64,000 bases of DNA from Candidatus Nomurabacteria bacterium (GTDB lineage Bacteria > Patescibacteriota > Minisyncoccia > Phycocordibacterales > UBA2100). Made by a program: the position numbers and the translations under genes. Every line of letters begins with the position of its first letter. The stretch's first letter is position 1. The notes below the pieces were generated by a model that saw only the letters and a list, made by a program, of their open reading frames with translations, was not told where the DNA came from and did no database searches. The stretch is from positions 22,308 to 86,307 of the forward strand of contig CALRFU010000003.1 of NCBI GenBank assembly GCA_943356775.1, written 5' to 3'. Of the stretch, positions 1 through 9,865 are shown in pieces.

Positions 1-1037
1 GCAATTACCTTCTTTCGGCAGCTCCTTCGCTTTCCAGTGCCACGGACTACGAACGACACGCAATGGCGCTCATGTCCCTCGGCATCAATCCGTATTCTGG
101 TACCGCAACAAATTATATCGCGCCGATAGTGAACGCCTTCGACGGGACGCAGGTTGGTTACACTACCCTAGTGACCGATGATATTTTCGCGCTCTTCCCG
201 CTCTTGCATGCAGGGTATAGCACAAGCGATGACATCATCAAAAAAACAGTTGCGTTTATCCTCTCGGCACAAACTGCCGGCGGTAGCTGGGACGGAAGTG
301 TCGATGTGACGGCAGCTGCCATACAAGCGCTCTCGCTCGTCCCTTCGCTTCCAGGCGTCTCTTCTGCGCTCGCCAATGCGCAGAGCTACCTCCACACGCA
401 ACAGCAAGCAAACGGCGGCTTCGGCAATAGTTTCTCGACGAGCTGGGCTCTGCAGGGAATTGCCGCACTTCAACAAACCGCTTCAAGCTGGGCCCCAAGC
501 AGCATCACCCCAAACGATTACCTCGCATCACTCCAACAATCCGACGGCGGCGTCGACCCAGTGGCGGTAAGTTCAGATAATCGCGTATGGGCAACCGCAT
601 ATGCGATACCCGCAAGCCTCGGCGGAACGTGGGGTTCTCTGCTGTCTAGCTACTCACGACCTACAAATTCTACAAGCGGTAACGGCCTCAGCACGGCAAC
701 GACAAGTGCGACGTCCACAATTGCACTTACTGCGACAAGCACACCGGATATCGCAACGTCGACGCCGGAAATAATCGCGACATCGACGTCTGCCGTAGCA
801 GAAGTCATACAGGCTACGAGTACCGCATCGACGACGATACAAATAAAACCAAAAGCTGAAACTCTAGCACCAAAAAAAGTACCCGCACTTCCTGCAGCAA
901 CGGCTTCGACAAGCTCACCGCAGGCAACATCCACAACAACCCCTACAAATCAAACCGCAGCAGCTGCTAATGCGAATAACGGATTCCTCAGTACTTTCTG
1001 GCGCTCACTCACCTCGTTTTTCTCTCACCTGCTCTAG
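1..1037 (+). CDS. Prenyltransferase/squalene-oxidase-type (alpha-alpha toroid) repeat protein with Thr/Ser-rich C-terminal tail; 5' partial (reading frame open to window start)
   Basis: Repeated Q..GG(F/W)G / GGSWDG motifs typical of prenyltransferase/terpene-cyclase-like repeats. C-terminal ~120 aa is TSTA low complexity. No stop codon between position 1 and the ATG at 63. Confidence 0.45.
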   Translation, partial: NYLLSAAPSLSSATDYERHAMALMSLGINPYSGTATNYIAPIVNAFDGTQVGYTTLVTDDIFALFPLLHAGYSTSDDIIKKTVAFILSAQTAGGSWDGSVDVTAAAIQALSLVPSLPGVSSALANAQSYLHTQQQANGGFGNSFSTSWALQGIAALQQTASSWAPSSITPNDYLASLQQSDGGVDPVAVSSDNRVWATAYAIPASLGGTWGSLLSSYSRPTNSTSGNGLSTATTSATSTIALTATSTPDIATSTPEIIATSTSAVAEVIQATSTASTTIQIKPKAETLAPKKVPALPAATASTSSPQATSTTTPTNQTAAAANANNGFLSTFWRSLTSFFSHLL

Positions 1038-1744
1038 GCAAAGAGAGGGCCGTACATATCGTCTTCGATATCGATGTGGAGTTCTGTGGGGTCTACCGTA
1101 TCTGCAAATTCCACCGGGGCATCTTCGATGATGACCAGCGGCTGCTGCTCTCTTCCTTCGCCCATCACTACGGTCGCGGCGGTCGCGAGTGAATCAGCGA
1201 CATTGGTTTGCGTTATCTTCATGGTGCGCCCAAATATATCGGGAGTTCCGCGATAATCGTGTATACCGCGAAAGCCAGCATGCCCAAGCGCGACGCCGAC
1301 AACTCCCGCACGCAGTGGCGCGACACGGCTATCGGTGACGATTACTCCCAATTCTGTTATTCCGTAATTTTGCAAAAGACTAGAACGAATGTTGCTTGCC
1401 GCAGCGAAGGAATCTTTCGGCAGGAGTACGAGCTTGTTTACCCCGAGCGCAGTCGAGGGGCCCGCATTTGAATCATCGATCCCCGCATTTGCCATCGCCA
1501 TGCCGTCTTTCACGGTGAGCATCACGTATTTCGTCGGGATTGCCCGCTCGCTCTCCGAACGAATAAGTTGTTCCTTTTCTTCGTCGCTCGAGACGACTGC
1601 CGTCCTTCCTTCAGAAAGCGCAACGATTTTTGATGTCACCGCAAGGACAGAACGGTTCTCGAGCGTCGGAACATGCTCAATGATGAATTGCACGAGCAAT
1701 TCATTTTCTTTAAAGACGCGCGTCCGTATCGGCGTTACTTTCAT
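1034..1744 (-). CDS. CofE-like (F420-0:gamma-glutamyl ligase family) protein
   Basis: 236-aa ORF with Gly-rich segments resembling the CofE/FbiB ligase fold (GVVIxDS-like, VALGHAGF). Confidence 0.4.
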   Translation of the reverse strand: MKVTPIRTRVFKENELLVQFIIEHVPTLENRSVLAVTSKIVALSEGRTAVVSSDEEKEQLIRSESERAIPTKYVMLTVKDGMAMANAGIDDSNAGPSTALGVNKLVLLPKDSFAAASNIRSSLLQNYGITELGVIVTDSRVAPLRAGVVGVALGHAGFRGIHDYRGTPDIFGRTMKITQTNVADSLATAATVVMGEGREQQPLVIIEDAPVEFADTVDPTELHIDIEDDMYGPLFA

Positions 1745-1913
1745 GCTGCCTTGTCACGCAAAAGTTTGACTCCTAGGTACGAGAGCGACGCGAGATAAAT
1801 CGTGAGTGCAATGAGTACTTTTTTCTGGGCAGCTTCGCTGAATGTCAGCATAGAAGGCCGCATTGTACGGGATGCATTTCATGAAAGCAATCAGCCTAGG
1901 TTACAATGCTCAT

Positions 1914-2420
1914 ATGCGCTGTAGTGCCATCGTTGCCACGACTATAGACGGGAAAATCGGCCTCGATGCGGGGCATTTCAGCGATTGGACGAGTCCTGAA
2001 GACAAGAATTTCCTGCACCAGATGCTCGACGAATCAGACGTCGTCGTCGTCGGCAATAATACCTACAAGACAGCTCTAGAGCCTCTCTCAAAGCGGAATT
2101 GCATTGTGCTCACGACTTCTGTCGCAATATCCGAGCGCAAGAGCAGCAGACTTTTCCTGGTGAACGCGCAGACCGCGGACATGAGGAAAATTCTCGAGAC
2201 GTACAAAACCATCGCCATCCTCGGCGGCACGCAGACGTATACGTACTTTTTAGAAAACGACCTCCTCGACGAAATCTATCTCACCATCGAGCCGCTCGTA
2301 TTCGGCCGCGGATTGAATTTGTTTGAGTCTGCAAAAAATATCAACGCCACCTTTCGCCTTGAATCAACACGACAACTCAACGAAAAAGGTAGTCTTCTGC
2401 TCCACTACGTCAGAGCCTGA
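1914..2420 (+). CDS. Dihydrofolate reductase-like protein (RibD C-terminal domain family)
   Basis: N-terminus AIVATTIDGKIG and internal VVVGNNTY...ILGGTQTY match the RibD_C/DHFR-like family. ORF track starts at 1863; internal Met at 1914 fits family N-termini better. Confidence 0.55.
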   Translation: MRCSAIVATTIDGKIGLDAGHFSDWTSPEDKNFLHQMLDESDVVVVGNNTYKTALEPLSKRNCIVLTTSVAISERKSSRLFLVNAQTADMRKILETYKTIAILGGTQTYTYFLENDLLDEIYLTIEPLVFGRGLNLFESAKNINATFRLESTRQLNEKGSLLLHYVRA

Positions 2421-2587
2421 AGATTCGTATTATAATATCGGTATGGGAATAAATAACATCACAAAGACAGTGAAAAACGCAATGCAAGCGACAGCCGTAT
2501 TGGGGGGGGGTTCTATCGGGAGCACCCGCGAGTGCTCAAGAGCCGCCTCCAAGACCTCGCGCGGAAGAACCGGACTCATCCTTCCCC

Positions 2588-3031
2588 TTGGGCAATCTCC
2601 CGCTGCCAGGTACATATTTCAAAATTGATGATTTTGTCGCTGCAACCGAAGGAACAGTCGCGGAGCGCAAAAGATTAGCTGAAGAACTTTACAAATTTGT
2701 CTCGGAAAAAGGAGCGTCGAACGAAAAAGGAGATGGAATAGAAATGCTATTCCCACTTAACTTATCCAACGAAAACGTAACAATCAGAGTATCAATTTAC
2801 ACGGACAGAGGAATAGAGATGTGGGTTAGGGTTTTTAGAAATGACAACACGCCAATAGCACTTATAGATCGGGGAATCACAGGGACTCCCACTGAACATC
2901 AATTGCCCGTAGAAGAGGGCGGCAAACAAAGACCCCAAGGATTTGCGGTCTCGGGAGAGCATCCACTTGCAAACAGGATATATCTCGGGCTACTCCGGCA
3001 CATTGAGTTAATTATTAAAGGAGGAAAATAA
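2588..3031 (+). CDS. Hypothetical protein (TTG start)
   Basis: 147-aa ORF with no recognisable motif. A 9-G homopolymer lies upstream at 2502-2510. Confidence 0.3.
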   Translation: MGNLPLPGTYFKIDDFVAATEGTVAERKRLAEELYKFVSEKGASNEKGDGIEMLFPLNLSNENVTIRVSIYTDRGIEMWVRVFRNDNTPIALIDRGITGTPTEHQLPVEEGGKQRPQGFAVSGEHPLANRIYLGLLRHIELIIKGGK

Positions 3032-3038
3032 GACCAGC

Positions 3039-3123
3039 TGGTGGGTGCGGGGAGACTCGAACTCCCAACCCTTGCGGGACACGGTTCTGAACCGTGCGCG
3101 TCTACCAATTGCGCCACGCACCC
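3039..3123 (-). tRNA. tRNA-Leu(CAG), type II with long variable arm, CCA encoded
   Basis: Reverse complement reads GGGTGCGTGGCGCAATTGGTAGACGCGCACGGTTCAGAACCGTG...GGTTCGAGTCTCCCCGCACCCACCA. Anticodon loop TTCAGAA gives anticodon CAG. Long extra arm present. Confidence 0.85.
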
Positions 3124-3135
3124 ATTCCAGCCATT

Positions 3136-3774
3136 CTATTTGATGGCGGACGGAACTACCAGCGTTGTGGAATCTTTGCCGTCCCATCGGATTTTCCCAT
3201 GCACGACCATGTTCGTTATCCTCGGCTGCCATTCGTGCTCAGCATCATTCACCGCCTTTGCTATTTCTTCTACCGACATCCCCTGCTTGAGAGGAATGCG
3301 CTTCTCAAAAAAGGCGGGGCCGCGGTCTATCTCGTCCGTCACGAATTGCATCGTGAATCCCGACTCCGCAATCTCCCCCGCATCAAGCGCCACCTTCACC
3401 GCTTCGTGAATGTGATTCCCGTACATCCCATGTCCCCCAAACTTACCGCCAAACTGCGAGAGAAGTGCTGGATGAATGTTGAATGTCTTTTGCGGATCAA
3501 GGCCTTTCACCTGCCGGAGCCACCCAGAAAGCGCGACCCATTCTGCTCCTGAATCGGCGACGATCTTTTGGTAATGCTCGGCATCATACGGACCTGCGAA
3601 ATAGATACATGGGATGCCAAGCTGCATCGCGCGCTCGTGGACGCCGCCTCGCTCGTGATTCGAAACAACCGCGACAATGTCGGCATCAAGCTCTTTTGAG
3701 CGCGCTAGACTCTCGAATCCAGAGCCGCCGCCGGAGCGTTTTCCGGAGGCAAAAACGATCATGCGCGGCTTCAT
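3136..3774 (-). CDS. purN: Phosphoribosylglycinamide formyltransferase (GAR transformylase)
   Basis: MIVFASGKRSGGGSGFESL N-terminus and NIHPALL...GHG motif are characteristic of PurN. Confidence 0.8.
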   Translation of the reverse strand: MKPRMIVFASGKRSGGGSGFESLARSKELDADIVAVVSNHERGGVHERAMQLGIPCIYFAGPYDAEHYQKIVADSGAEWVALSGWLRQVKGLDPQKTFNIHPALLSQFGGKFGGHGMYGNHIHEAVKVALDAGEIAESGFTMQFVTDEIDRGPAFFEKRIPLKQGMSVEEIAKAVNDAEHEWQPRITNMVVHGKIRWDGKDSTTLVVPSAIK

Positions 3775-3800
3775 GCTGCTACGTTACCATGTCGTGACCG

Positions 3801-4520
3801 TTATTGCTCCAGATAAACGTTCGTCGCCTTACCGCCCTCTTCAACATACACATTTCCATATGGGTTCGGAGAAGTATTCGAAGGATCTCTGCCAGCCTCG
3901 TGCTCAAGCGCATCGACAATGTCTTGCATTTCCGCCGCTCCCCCCGATCCCGAGGCGGTATCGAGTGGATTTTGCAAAATTGAGGCTTCCCAAACAAGAG
4001 TCTCGCGACCGACAGCGCCACTTCCATACATTGATGACCATTCACCCTGCAGGCCGTTCATTGTCACCTGATACGAGACCACTCCCGCATCATTAAAAGT
4101 GCCTGCAGTTGTATCAGTGTACGAGACTGAGAGAATGCCATTTTTTGCAATACCAATTCCTTCTTGTGTCTGATTTCCGATTTGCCAATACAACAAGTAC
4201 ACATCAGACGACTTAACGATCGTCACGGTACCAAAGTACTGGGGCGTGAGGTCTGTGGCTCCGGGAGAAACCCCTTGGAGCGTGTAGACGCCTTCGCGAA
4301 TATCCGACGAGAAGAACGGCATATATGCACCCGAGGTAAAAACGAACGTCGCGATGCCGAGCACGATTGCGCACACGGCGATCGAAAGGAGCGCCTTTAC
4401 GGAAAAGCGTGAATGTCTGGGTGGTGGGAGCATGGAAGGCGGGATCGGGATGTTTGCCGAAGGGGGCATATACACAGTATACACGGTGCGATCCCGTGAA
4501 TCTGACATGGTTGGGGACAC
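3801..4520 (-). CDS. Hypothetical membrane-anchored extracytoplasmic protein
   Basis: One N-terminal TM helix ([19 protein letters not shown]) followed by a Gly/Thr-rich soluble domain. No family recognised. Confidence 0.4.
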   Translation of the reverse strand: MSPTMSDSRDRTVYTVYMPPSANIPIPPSMLPPPRHSRFSVKALLSIAVCAIVLGIATFVFTSGAYMPFFSSDIREGVYTLQGVSPGATDLTPQYFGTVTIVKSSDVYLLYWQIGNQTQEGIGIAKNGILSVSYTDTTAGTFNDAGVVSYQVTMNGLQGEWSSMYGSGAVGRETLVWEASILQNPLDTASGSGGAAEMQDIVDALEHEAGRDPSNTSPNPYGNVYVEEGGKATNVYLEQ

Positions 4521-4528
4521 ATGGTACG

Positions 4529-5728
4529 ATGCCTTCCATGAAGAAGTTCGGAACCCCCTTCACCCCGTCCTCCGTCAAGCTGATGCTCCTTGGCTCAGGA
4601 GAACTCGGTCGCGAGGTGGTCATCGAGGCAATGCGGCTTGGGGTGGAGGTCATTGCGTGCGATAGATATGAGAACGCGCCAGCGATGCAATTCGCGCACC
4701 GCAGTCACACCTTCAACATGCGCGACGGTGCAAAAATTCGTGAGGTGGTGGAAATGGAGAAACCGACCTACATCGTTCCTGAGATTGAAGCCATCGCGAC
4801 CGACACGCTTGTCGAGCTTGAAAAAGAGGGCTGGACGGTCATCCCGACAGCGCGCGCAGCACGCCTTACGATGGACAGACAAGGTATCCGCCAGCTTGTG
4901 GCAGAAAAACTCAAGCTGCCGACATCAGCGTATCGTTTTGCCGGAAGCCTCGCCGAACTCGAAGCGGGCGCAAAGGCCGTGGGCTTCCCCTGCTACATCA
5001 AGCCGACGATGTCATCTTCAGGACACGGACAGAGCATGGCTCGGAAACCGCAAGATCTGGCGAAAAGCTGGAAATTCGCAATGGAAGGTACGCGCGCACA
5101 GACGGGCAAGGTCATCGTTGAAGGCAAAATAAATTTCGATTACGAAATTACGCTGCTTACGGTGCGACACGCGGGCGGAATAAGTTTCTGCGCACCCGTG
5201 GGGCACATTCAGATAGACGGAGACTACCGCGAAAGCTGGCAGCCACATCCGATGACGAAGACGGCACTCAAGAAATCTCAAGACATTGCACGAAAGGTGG
5301 TCAACGAACTCTGCGGTAAGACGGGTCGCGGGCTCTTCGGCGTCGAGCTTTTCATCAAAGGTAACAACGTGTGGTTCTCAGAAGTCTCCCCTCGCCCGCA
5401 CGATACCGGTATGGTCACGATGGTCTCGCAGACGATGAGCGAAATGGAGCTGCACGTGCGTGCAATTCTTGGGTTGCCAATAGGAGAAATCCCATGCCGA
5501 CCCGGTGCGAGCGTTCCCATTCTTGCCGAAACCAAGATCGACAACCCCGCCTACACTGGCGTTGACAAAGCACTCAAAACCCCCGGCACCTGGATCCGCC
5601 TCTTCGGCAAACCAATGTCCCCCGGCCACCGCCGCATGGGCGTCGCGCTCGCGATAGGCAAAGATATAAAAGAAGCTCGCAAAAAGGCGATGGCTGCGGC
5701 CAAAAAAGTTCGAGTTGTCGAAGGGTAA
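4529..5728 (+). CDS. purT: Formate-dependent phosphoribosylglycinamide formyltransferase (ATP-grasp)
   Basis: [27 protein letters not shown]-terminus and ATP-grasp architecture typical of PurT. ATG at 4529 chosen instead of the track start at 4367, which would overlap the convergent gene. Confidence 0.8.
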   Translation: MPSMKKFGTPFTPSSVKLMLLGSGELGREVVIEAMRLGVEVIACDRYENAPAMQFAHRSHTFNMRDGAKIREVVEMEKPTYIVPEIEAIATDTLVELEKEGWTVIPTARAARLTMDRQGIRQLVAEKLKLPTSAYRFAGSLAELEAGAKAVGFPCYIKPTMSSSGHGQSMARKPQDLAKSWKFAMEGTRAQTGKVIVEGKINFDYEITLLTVRHAGGISFCAPVGHIQIDGDYRESWQPHPMTKTALKKSQDIARKVVNELCGKTGRGLFGVELFIKGNNVWFSEVSPRPHDTGMVTMVSQTMSEMELHVRAILGLPIGEIPCRPGASVPILAETKIDNPAYTGVDKALKTPGTWIRLFGKPMSPGHRRMGVALAIGKDIKEARKKAMAAAKKVRVVEG

Positions 5729-5730
5729 TC

Positions 5731-7035
5731 TTATTCTACTGACTCAATGGAGGCGCCGAGTTTTTGGAGGCGCTCGGAGAGATTGGCATAGCCGCGATTT
5801 ATTGGATAGACGTTGCGAAGCATTGATTCCCCTTCTGCCGCGAGCATGCCGATGAGGAGGAGCGTGGCGGGACGGAGTGCAGGTGGAGCCTCAATATCAG
5901 CGGCGTGAAGCGGAGTCGGACCTTCTATCTCCACGCGATGCGGGTCGAGGAGAGTCATCTTTGCCCCGAGCTTTTGCATCTCCATATACCATTTCGCTCG
6001 ACCATCGTAGACCCAATCGTGGATGAGCGTGCGGCCCTTGGCCTGTGTCGCGATAGGTACGAAAAACGGCAGGTTGTCGATATTGATACCCGGGTATGGA
6101 CGGGGAGCAATTTTCTCCGGTGGTGCCGTGAATTCCGACGGCTTGATGGTGATGTCCCGTAAGACGGTGTGGCCGTTTTCTGACGAATACGCTTCACCGC
6201 GCTCGTAGCTCAGCCCCATTTGCTGGAGCGTATAGAGCTCAAGCTCGAGAAAGTCTATCGGGCAGCGCTCGATGGTTATTTCCGAACGAGTCGTCGCGGC
6301 GAGTGAAATGAAGAACATGGATTCGATAGGGTCCTCGCTCGGATGCCCGTGGACTTCGGAATTGATGTCGGAGAGGCCGTGTACGACCAATGTAGATGTG
6401 CCCACCCCTTCCACCTTGACCCCGCAGTGACGCAAGAAGACGCAAAGGTCTTGGACCATGTAATTGGCGCTCGCAAATTTGATAGTGGTCGTACCGGGAA
6501 TCTTTGCCGCCGCCATAAGCACGTTTTCGACACCGGTGTCCGAAGCTTCGTACATGATGATTTCCGCAGGATGCATTTCTTTTGTCTCAACGTGGTACGT
6601 ATGCGCGTCCTCATTTGCGCTAACTGCGATGCCGAGCTTGGCGAGCGCGTCGATATGCGCGCCGAGCGTCCGCTTCCCCAAATCGCAGCCTGCGGGCGCG
6701 GGCAAATCGAATGAGCCGATGAGGTGCGCGAGCGGTGCGATGAAAAGCGCGATGGAGCGCGTGCGCTGCGCGGACTCGACATGGATATTGGAGAGGTCAA
6801 TCTTTGCGGGCGGCGTGATGCGCATGTCGCCACTTGCATCCCACACGATTTTGACGCCGATACTTTCCATGACCTCGATAAGCCGCTTTACCTCTTCAAT
6901 GCGCGGCATACGTTTGAGAACCGTCTCACCTTTATTCAAGAGTGATGCGCACAAAAGCGCCACTGCGGCATTCTTGGAGATATTGGTTTGTACCGTTCCC
7001 GTGAGCTTCTTGCCGCCGATTACTTTGTAATTCAT
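5731..7035 (-). CDS. murA: UDP-N-acetylglucosamine 1-carboxyvinyltransferase
   Basis: MNYKVIGGKKLTGTVQTNISKNAAVALLCASLL N-terminus and overall EPSP-synthase-fold pattern typical of MurA. Confidence 0.85.
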   Translation of the reverse strand: MNYKVIGGKKLTGTVQTNISKNAAVALLCASLLNKGETVLKRMPRIEEVKRLIEVMESIGVKIVWDASGDMRITPPAKIDLSNIHVESAQRTRSIALFIAPLAHLIGSFDLPAPAGCDLGKRTLGAHIDALAKLGIAVSANEDAHTYHVETKEMHPAEIIMYEASDTGVENVLMAAAKIPGTTTIKFASANYMVQDLCVFLRHCGVKVEGVGTSTLVVHGLSDINSEVHGHPSEDPIESMFFISLAATTRSEITIERCPIDFLELELYTLQQMGLSYERGEAYSSENGHTVLRDITIKPSEFTAPPEKIAPRPYPGINIDNLPFFVPIATQAKGRTLIHDWVYDGRAKWYMEMQKLGAKMTLLDPHRVEIEGPTPLHAADIEAPPALRPATLLLIGMLAAEGESMLRNVYPINRGYANLSERLQKLGASIESVE

Positions 7036-7096
7036 AGCGCACACGTATGGTATGCGTACCGCAGCGCGTATGCAACGGATACCTTCATATTAATGA

Positions 7097-7615
7097 CTAG
7101 AGGCCTTGAGTCCGCGCGGTTTTCGCCCTACGAATCAAATCGTCACGAAGTTGTTCGGCCACTTCTTTTGCAAGTCCAGGTACGCTTCCCTCCGCTCCCG
7201 TACCGACCATACCCCATGCACCATAGGAGGCGCCAGATGAACCGGCCGTTTGAATCTTAAGATCAGAGAGTCCCAGTATGCGCGCGATTACACCGCGATT
7301 AATGTCGACGTTTTGAATTCTGTCGTACGGAATCGTCGTGTAAGTCTTCCAGATAATGCCCGATTCTTTGCGAAACCCATCATCCGTTAATTCGTAAAAG
7401 TAGAATTTGTGCGAGAGAACGCCGTACCCCCATGCAATAAGAAAGGGCACTACCACCACAAAAGGAATCCAGAGCGTACTGAATCCACCCAGACCAAGTT
7501 CCTCAAAGAGGAAGAACCCTTGGAAACTGATGACGATAATCGCAATAAGCCAACCAAAGAAAGAGCCAAGCGCAAACTGCCAAACCGCCCTAGAGTCTAG
7601 TTGTTGTTGTGCCAT
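7097..7615 (-). CDS. Bacterial PH-domain (YdbS/bPH_2-like) membrane protein
   Basis: Two TM helices followed by a YELTDDGFRKESGIIWKTYTTIPYDRIQNVDINRGVIARILGLSDLKIQTAG segment typical of the DUF304/bPH_2 family. Confidence 0.5.
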   Translation of the reverse strand: MAQQQLDSRAVWQFALGSFFGWLIAIIVISFQGFFLFEELGLGGFSTLWIPFVVVVPFLIAWGYGVLSHKFYFYELTDDGFRKESGIIWKTYTTIPYDRIQNVDINRGVIARILGLSDLKIQTAGSSGASYGAWGMVGTGAEGSVPGLAKEVAEQLRDDLIRRAKTARTQGL

Positions 7616-7661
7616 ATGGATGGATTATAGCAGGTGGTCACAGAGTTGCCCCCTGTCTTTG

Positions 7662-7735
7662 TGCGCGCACTAGGGATCGAACCTAGGACCTCCCGAGTAT
7701 CAGTCGGACGCTCTACCAGCTGAGCTATGCGCGCA
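7662..7735 (-). tRNA. tRNA-Ile(GAT), no CCA encoded
   Basis: Reverse complement reads GCGCGCATAGCTCAGCTGGTAGAGCGTCCGACTGATACTCGGGAGGTCCTAGGTTCGATCCCTAGTGCGCGCA. Anticodon loop CTGATAC gives GAT. Confidence 0.85.
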
Positions 7736-7779
7736 AACGAGGAGCAAGGTGGGAAAGTGTACTTTCACCCCTTCTCCGA

Positions 7780-8286
7780 GTGCCGCGTGCATACGAACAT
7801 ATGCGCGCGTGCGCAAAATATAGCAAAAACAGGGCTTACACGCCACAGTCGACCAAGCGTTATACTATGCCGATGGATAAAGCAAAAGAGTGGCTGAGAC
7901 GATACCTCCCACTCGAGATTGTCGCAACCATCACCGCTATCGCAGGTGCGTTTGCAGCAAGTATTTTTACAGACAACGGAATCACTATCGCCTACGTCGG
8001 AACGTAGGCTGAGAACTTCGGGTACTATGGTCTCGCTTTTTCACTTGAAATGAGAATCGTGTCTAAGCATCGTGACGCTTCACAATCTCACCTTTCTGCG
8101 ACTGCAAAAGTGATGCGGAATATAATTTGTGAATTTGGACCGGCAGAATTTTTCGACAGTTTTATAGTGCGACCGTTCTTTATGTATCTGATGCAGCGTC
8201 TTACGGGAAGTTTGGCAGTCGGTATATTCGCCGGTAAAATCTGCGCCGACGCAACATTCTACGCTATCACGATCTTCTTTTACTAA
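7780..8286 (+). pseudogene. Small multi-TM membrane protein ORF interrupted by an in-frame TAG at 8005-8007 (two ORFs 7780-8007 and 8050-8286 in the same frame)
   Basis: Both ORFs share one frame and both encode hydrophobic helices. Only a single TAG separates them. Confidence 0.3.
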
Positions 8287-8314
8287 ATGCGTAAGAGAGT
8301 TTCGTAAAATATCG

Positions 8315-9733
8315 TTACCACCCAAATTGTTTTCCCACTTCTTCTGGAGTTTCGCGCTTGCGAACAACTTTTACCTCGCCATTTGCAGCCATAAGTTTCA
8401 GTGGTGAAGAAAGCAAGCAATGATGTGAAGAGAGCGAATCTTGATACGCGCCCGTATCAAGAAAAGCAACATACAACTCATCGTGATCAGATAATTTAGG
8501 GACTGAGACATACAAGCCCCCATGTGTGTATTTGTCGTCACTATCGCACGAACTCCCCGCGAACCACACCTTCTCCAACTTTGGATGAGCCAAACCGTTG
8601 ACAGGGATTACGTGCCATTTTTGCTTGAGCGCCCACGTGTCGGTGAGGTCGTTCATAAAGCTGCCGTCGACGATATACCATTTGTATCCTCCTTTGTTCT
8701 GCACTAATTTTTCTGCAGTGACTCTATAAATCGTTATCTGCGCAGGAGCCATTACGTAACGCCCCCATTCGGTAATTAGATTCGGATGTTTGATGCCGAG
8801 CGCATCAGATTGGACTTTCGCCGTCTTAATTATTTTCTGAATTAAATTTTTTGCAGAATAAAATTTCTTGTACTTGTTGTAGGGCACACCAGCTCCTCCA
8901 CCCATATCTATCGTGTCCAACCCCGGATTCTTTGTTTTCATCTTTGCAAATAGTTGCAACGCGCGCTTCAACGGCTCAATGAAACCATTAATCTGCTCGG
9001 TCTGACTTGAGATATTGTAGTGGAGAACTGTCAGGTTACGTATTTTACCAAGTTCCAGAAGTTCTGTTTCTGTAAATCCGAAGCGATTGAATTTCTTATT
9101 CCAGTGACCTTTCACATTGATATTGATGTCTACCCTAATACCCACAGGTCCCTTGAATTTCTGCATTCGCTCAAGCTCTACTCGATCTTCGATGATTGGT
9201 ATCACGATCAGTCCTTTTCCATTGAGCTCTTCGATGAGCTCCATGTAGCGCGCCGTTTTTGGACCATTACAAATTACGCGCATCTTGCTGTGGAATTTTT
9301 CCTGTTCCAACATTCGTTTAACTAAATAAAGTTCGTTGGCTGAAGCAATATCAAGATTTGCGCCTTCAGCCACGGCTGGAAGCACAAATTCACGATTCTG
9401 ATTCACCTTCATCGGATAGTGATAGTGATAACGCCCCTTGTATCCGAGGATCTTTATATACGCGTTGAAGGTCTCTATAAGGTCACGTGCACGGTGCTCA
9501 ATCACCGTTGGGAAGAATATCTCAGTTGGCGAACCGTATTTCTTAACAATGTCGTAAATGTTGTATTGGTAGTTCCCTTCTCGAGCCACCAATTCACCGT
9601 CTTTACTTATTTCGAACGCACCCGTATTAAACTCCTCCATTCCGAGGCGCCAAAATTTCTTGAAGCCGTTCTTTTTTTTTATTTTGGTGGATTTTCGCTT
9701 GCGCTTAAGCCGAGCAGGAGCTTCTGTTGCCAT
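8315..9733 (-). CDS. PLP-dependent fold-III decarboxylase (arginine/ornithine decarboxylase family), candidate arginine decarboxylase
   Basis: Orn/DAP/Arg decarboxylase-like barrel plus C-terminal domain (HYHYPMKVN, GGGAGVPY, CDSDD motifs). Context with agmatinase/CASDH/CASDC suggests ADC. The gene is about 41 percent GC, markedly AT-richer than its neighbours. Confidence 0.65.
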   Translation of the reverse strand: MATEAPARLKRKRKSTKIKKKNGFKKFWRLGMEEFNTGAFEISKDGELVAREGNYQYNIYDIVKKYGSPTEIFFPTVIEHRARDLIETFNAYIKILGYKGRYHYHYPMKVNQNREFVLPAVAEGANLDIASANELYLVKRMLEQEKFHSKMRVICNGPKTARYMELIEELNGKGLIVIPIIEDRVELERMQKFKGPVGIRVDININVKGHWNKKFNRFGFTETELLELGKIRNLTVLHYNISSQTEQINGFIEPLKRALQLFAKMKTKNPGLDTIDMGGGAGVPYNKYKKFYSAKNLIQKIIKTAKVQSDALGIKHPNLITEWGRYVMAPAQITIYRVTAEKLVQNKGGYKWYIVDGSFMNDLTDTWALKQKWHVIPVNGLAHPKLEKVWFAGSSCDSDDKYTHGGLYVSVPKLSDHDELYVAFLDTGAYQDSLSSHHCLLSSPLKLMAANGEVKVVRKRETPEEVGKQFGW

Positions 9734-9865
9734 TTCTGATGTTTCAGTCTATTTCGCTGATTAGACACATACCGTACCACAAGTCTCAAAAAATGCACGT
9801 GTGCATGCGGAATACGGTCTATTGAAGTTATGAGAACTCCGCATATACTGCCCTGGATGCGAGTA

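Noticed and set aside
4367-4528. N-terminal extension of purT in the ORF track, which would overlap the 3801-4520 gene by 150 nt.
   Set aside because: The PurT family N-terminus aligns with the internal Met at 4529. The extension is antisense to a convergent gene.
6276-6839. 187-aa minus-strand ORF inside murA in a different frame.
   Set aside because: MurA identity in the other frame is unambiguous. This one is an Arg/Ser-rich alternate-frame artefact.
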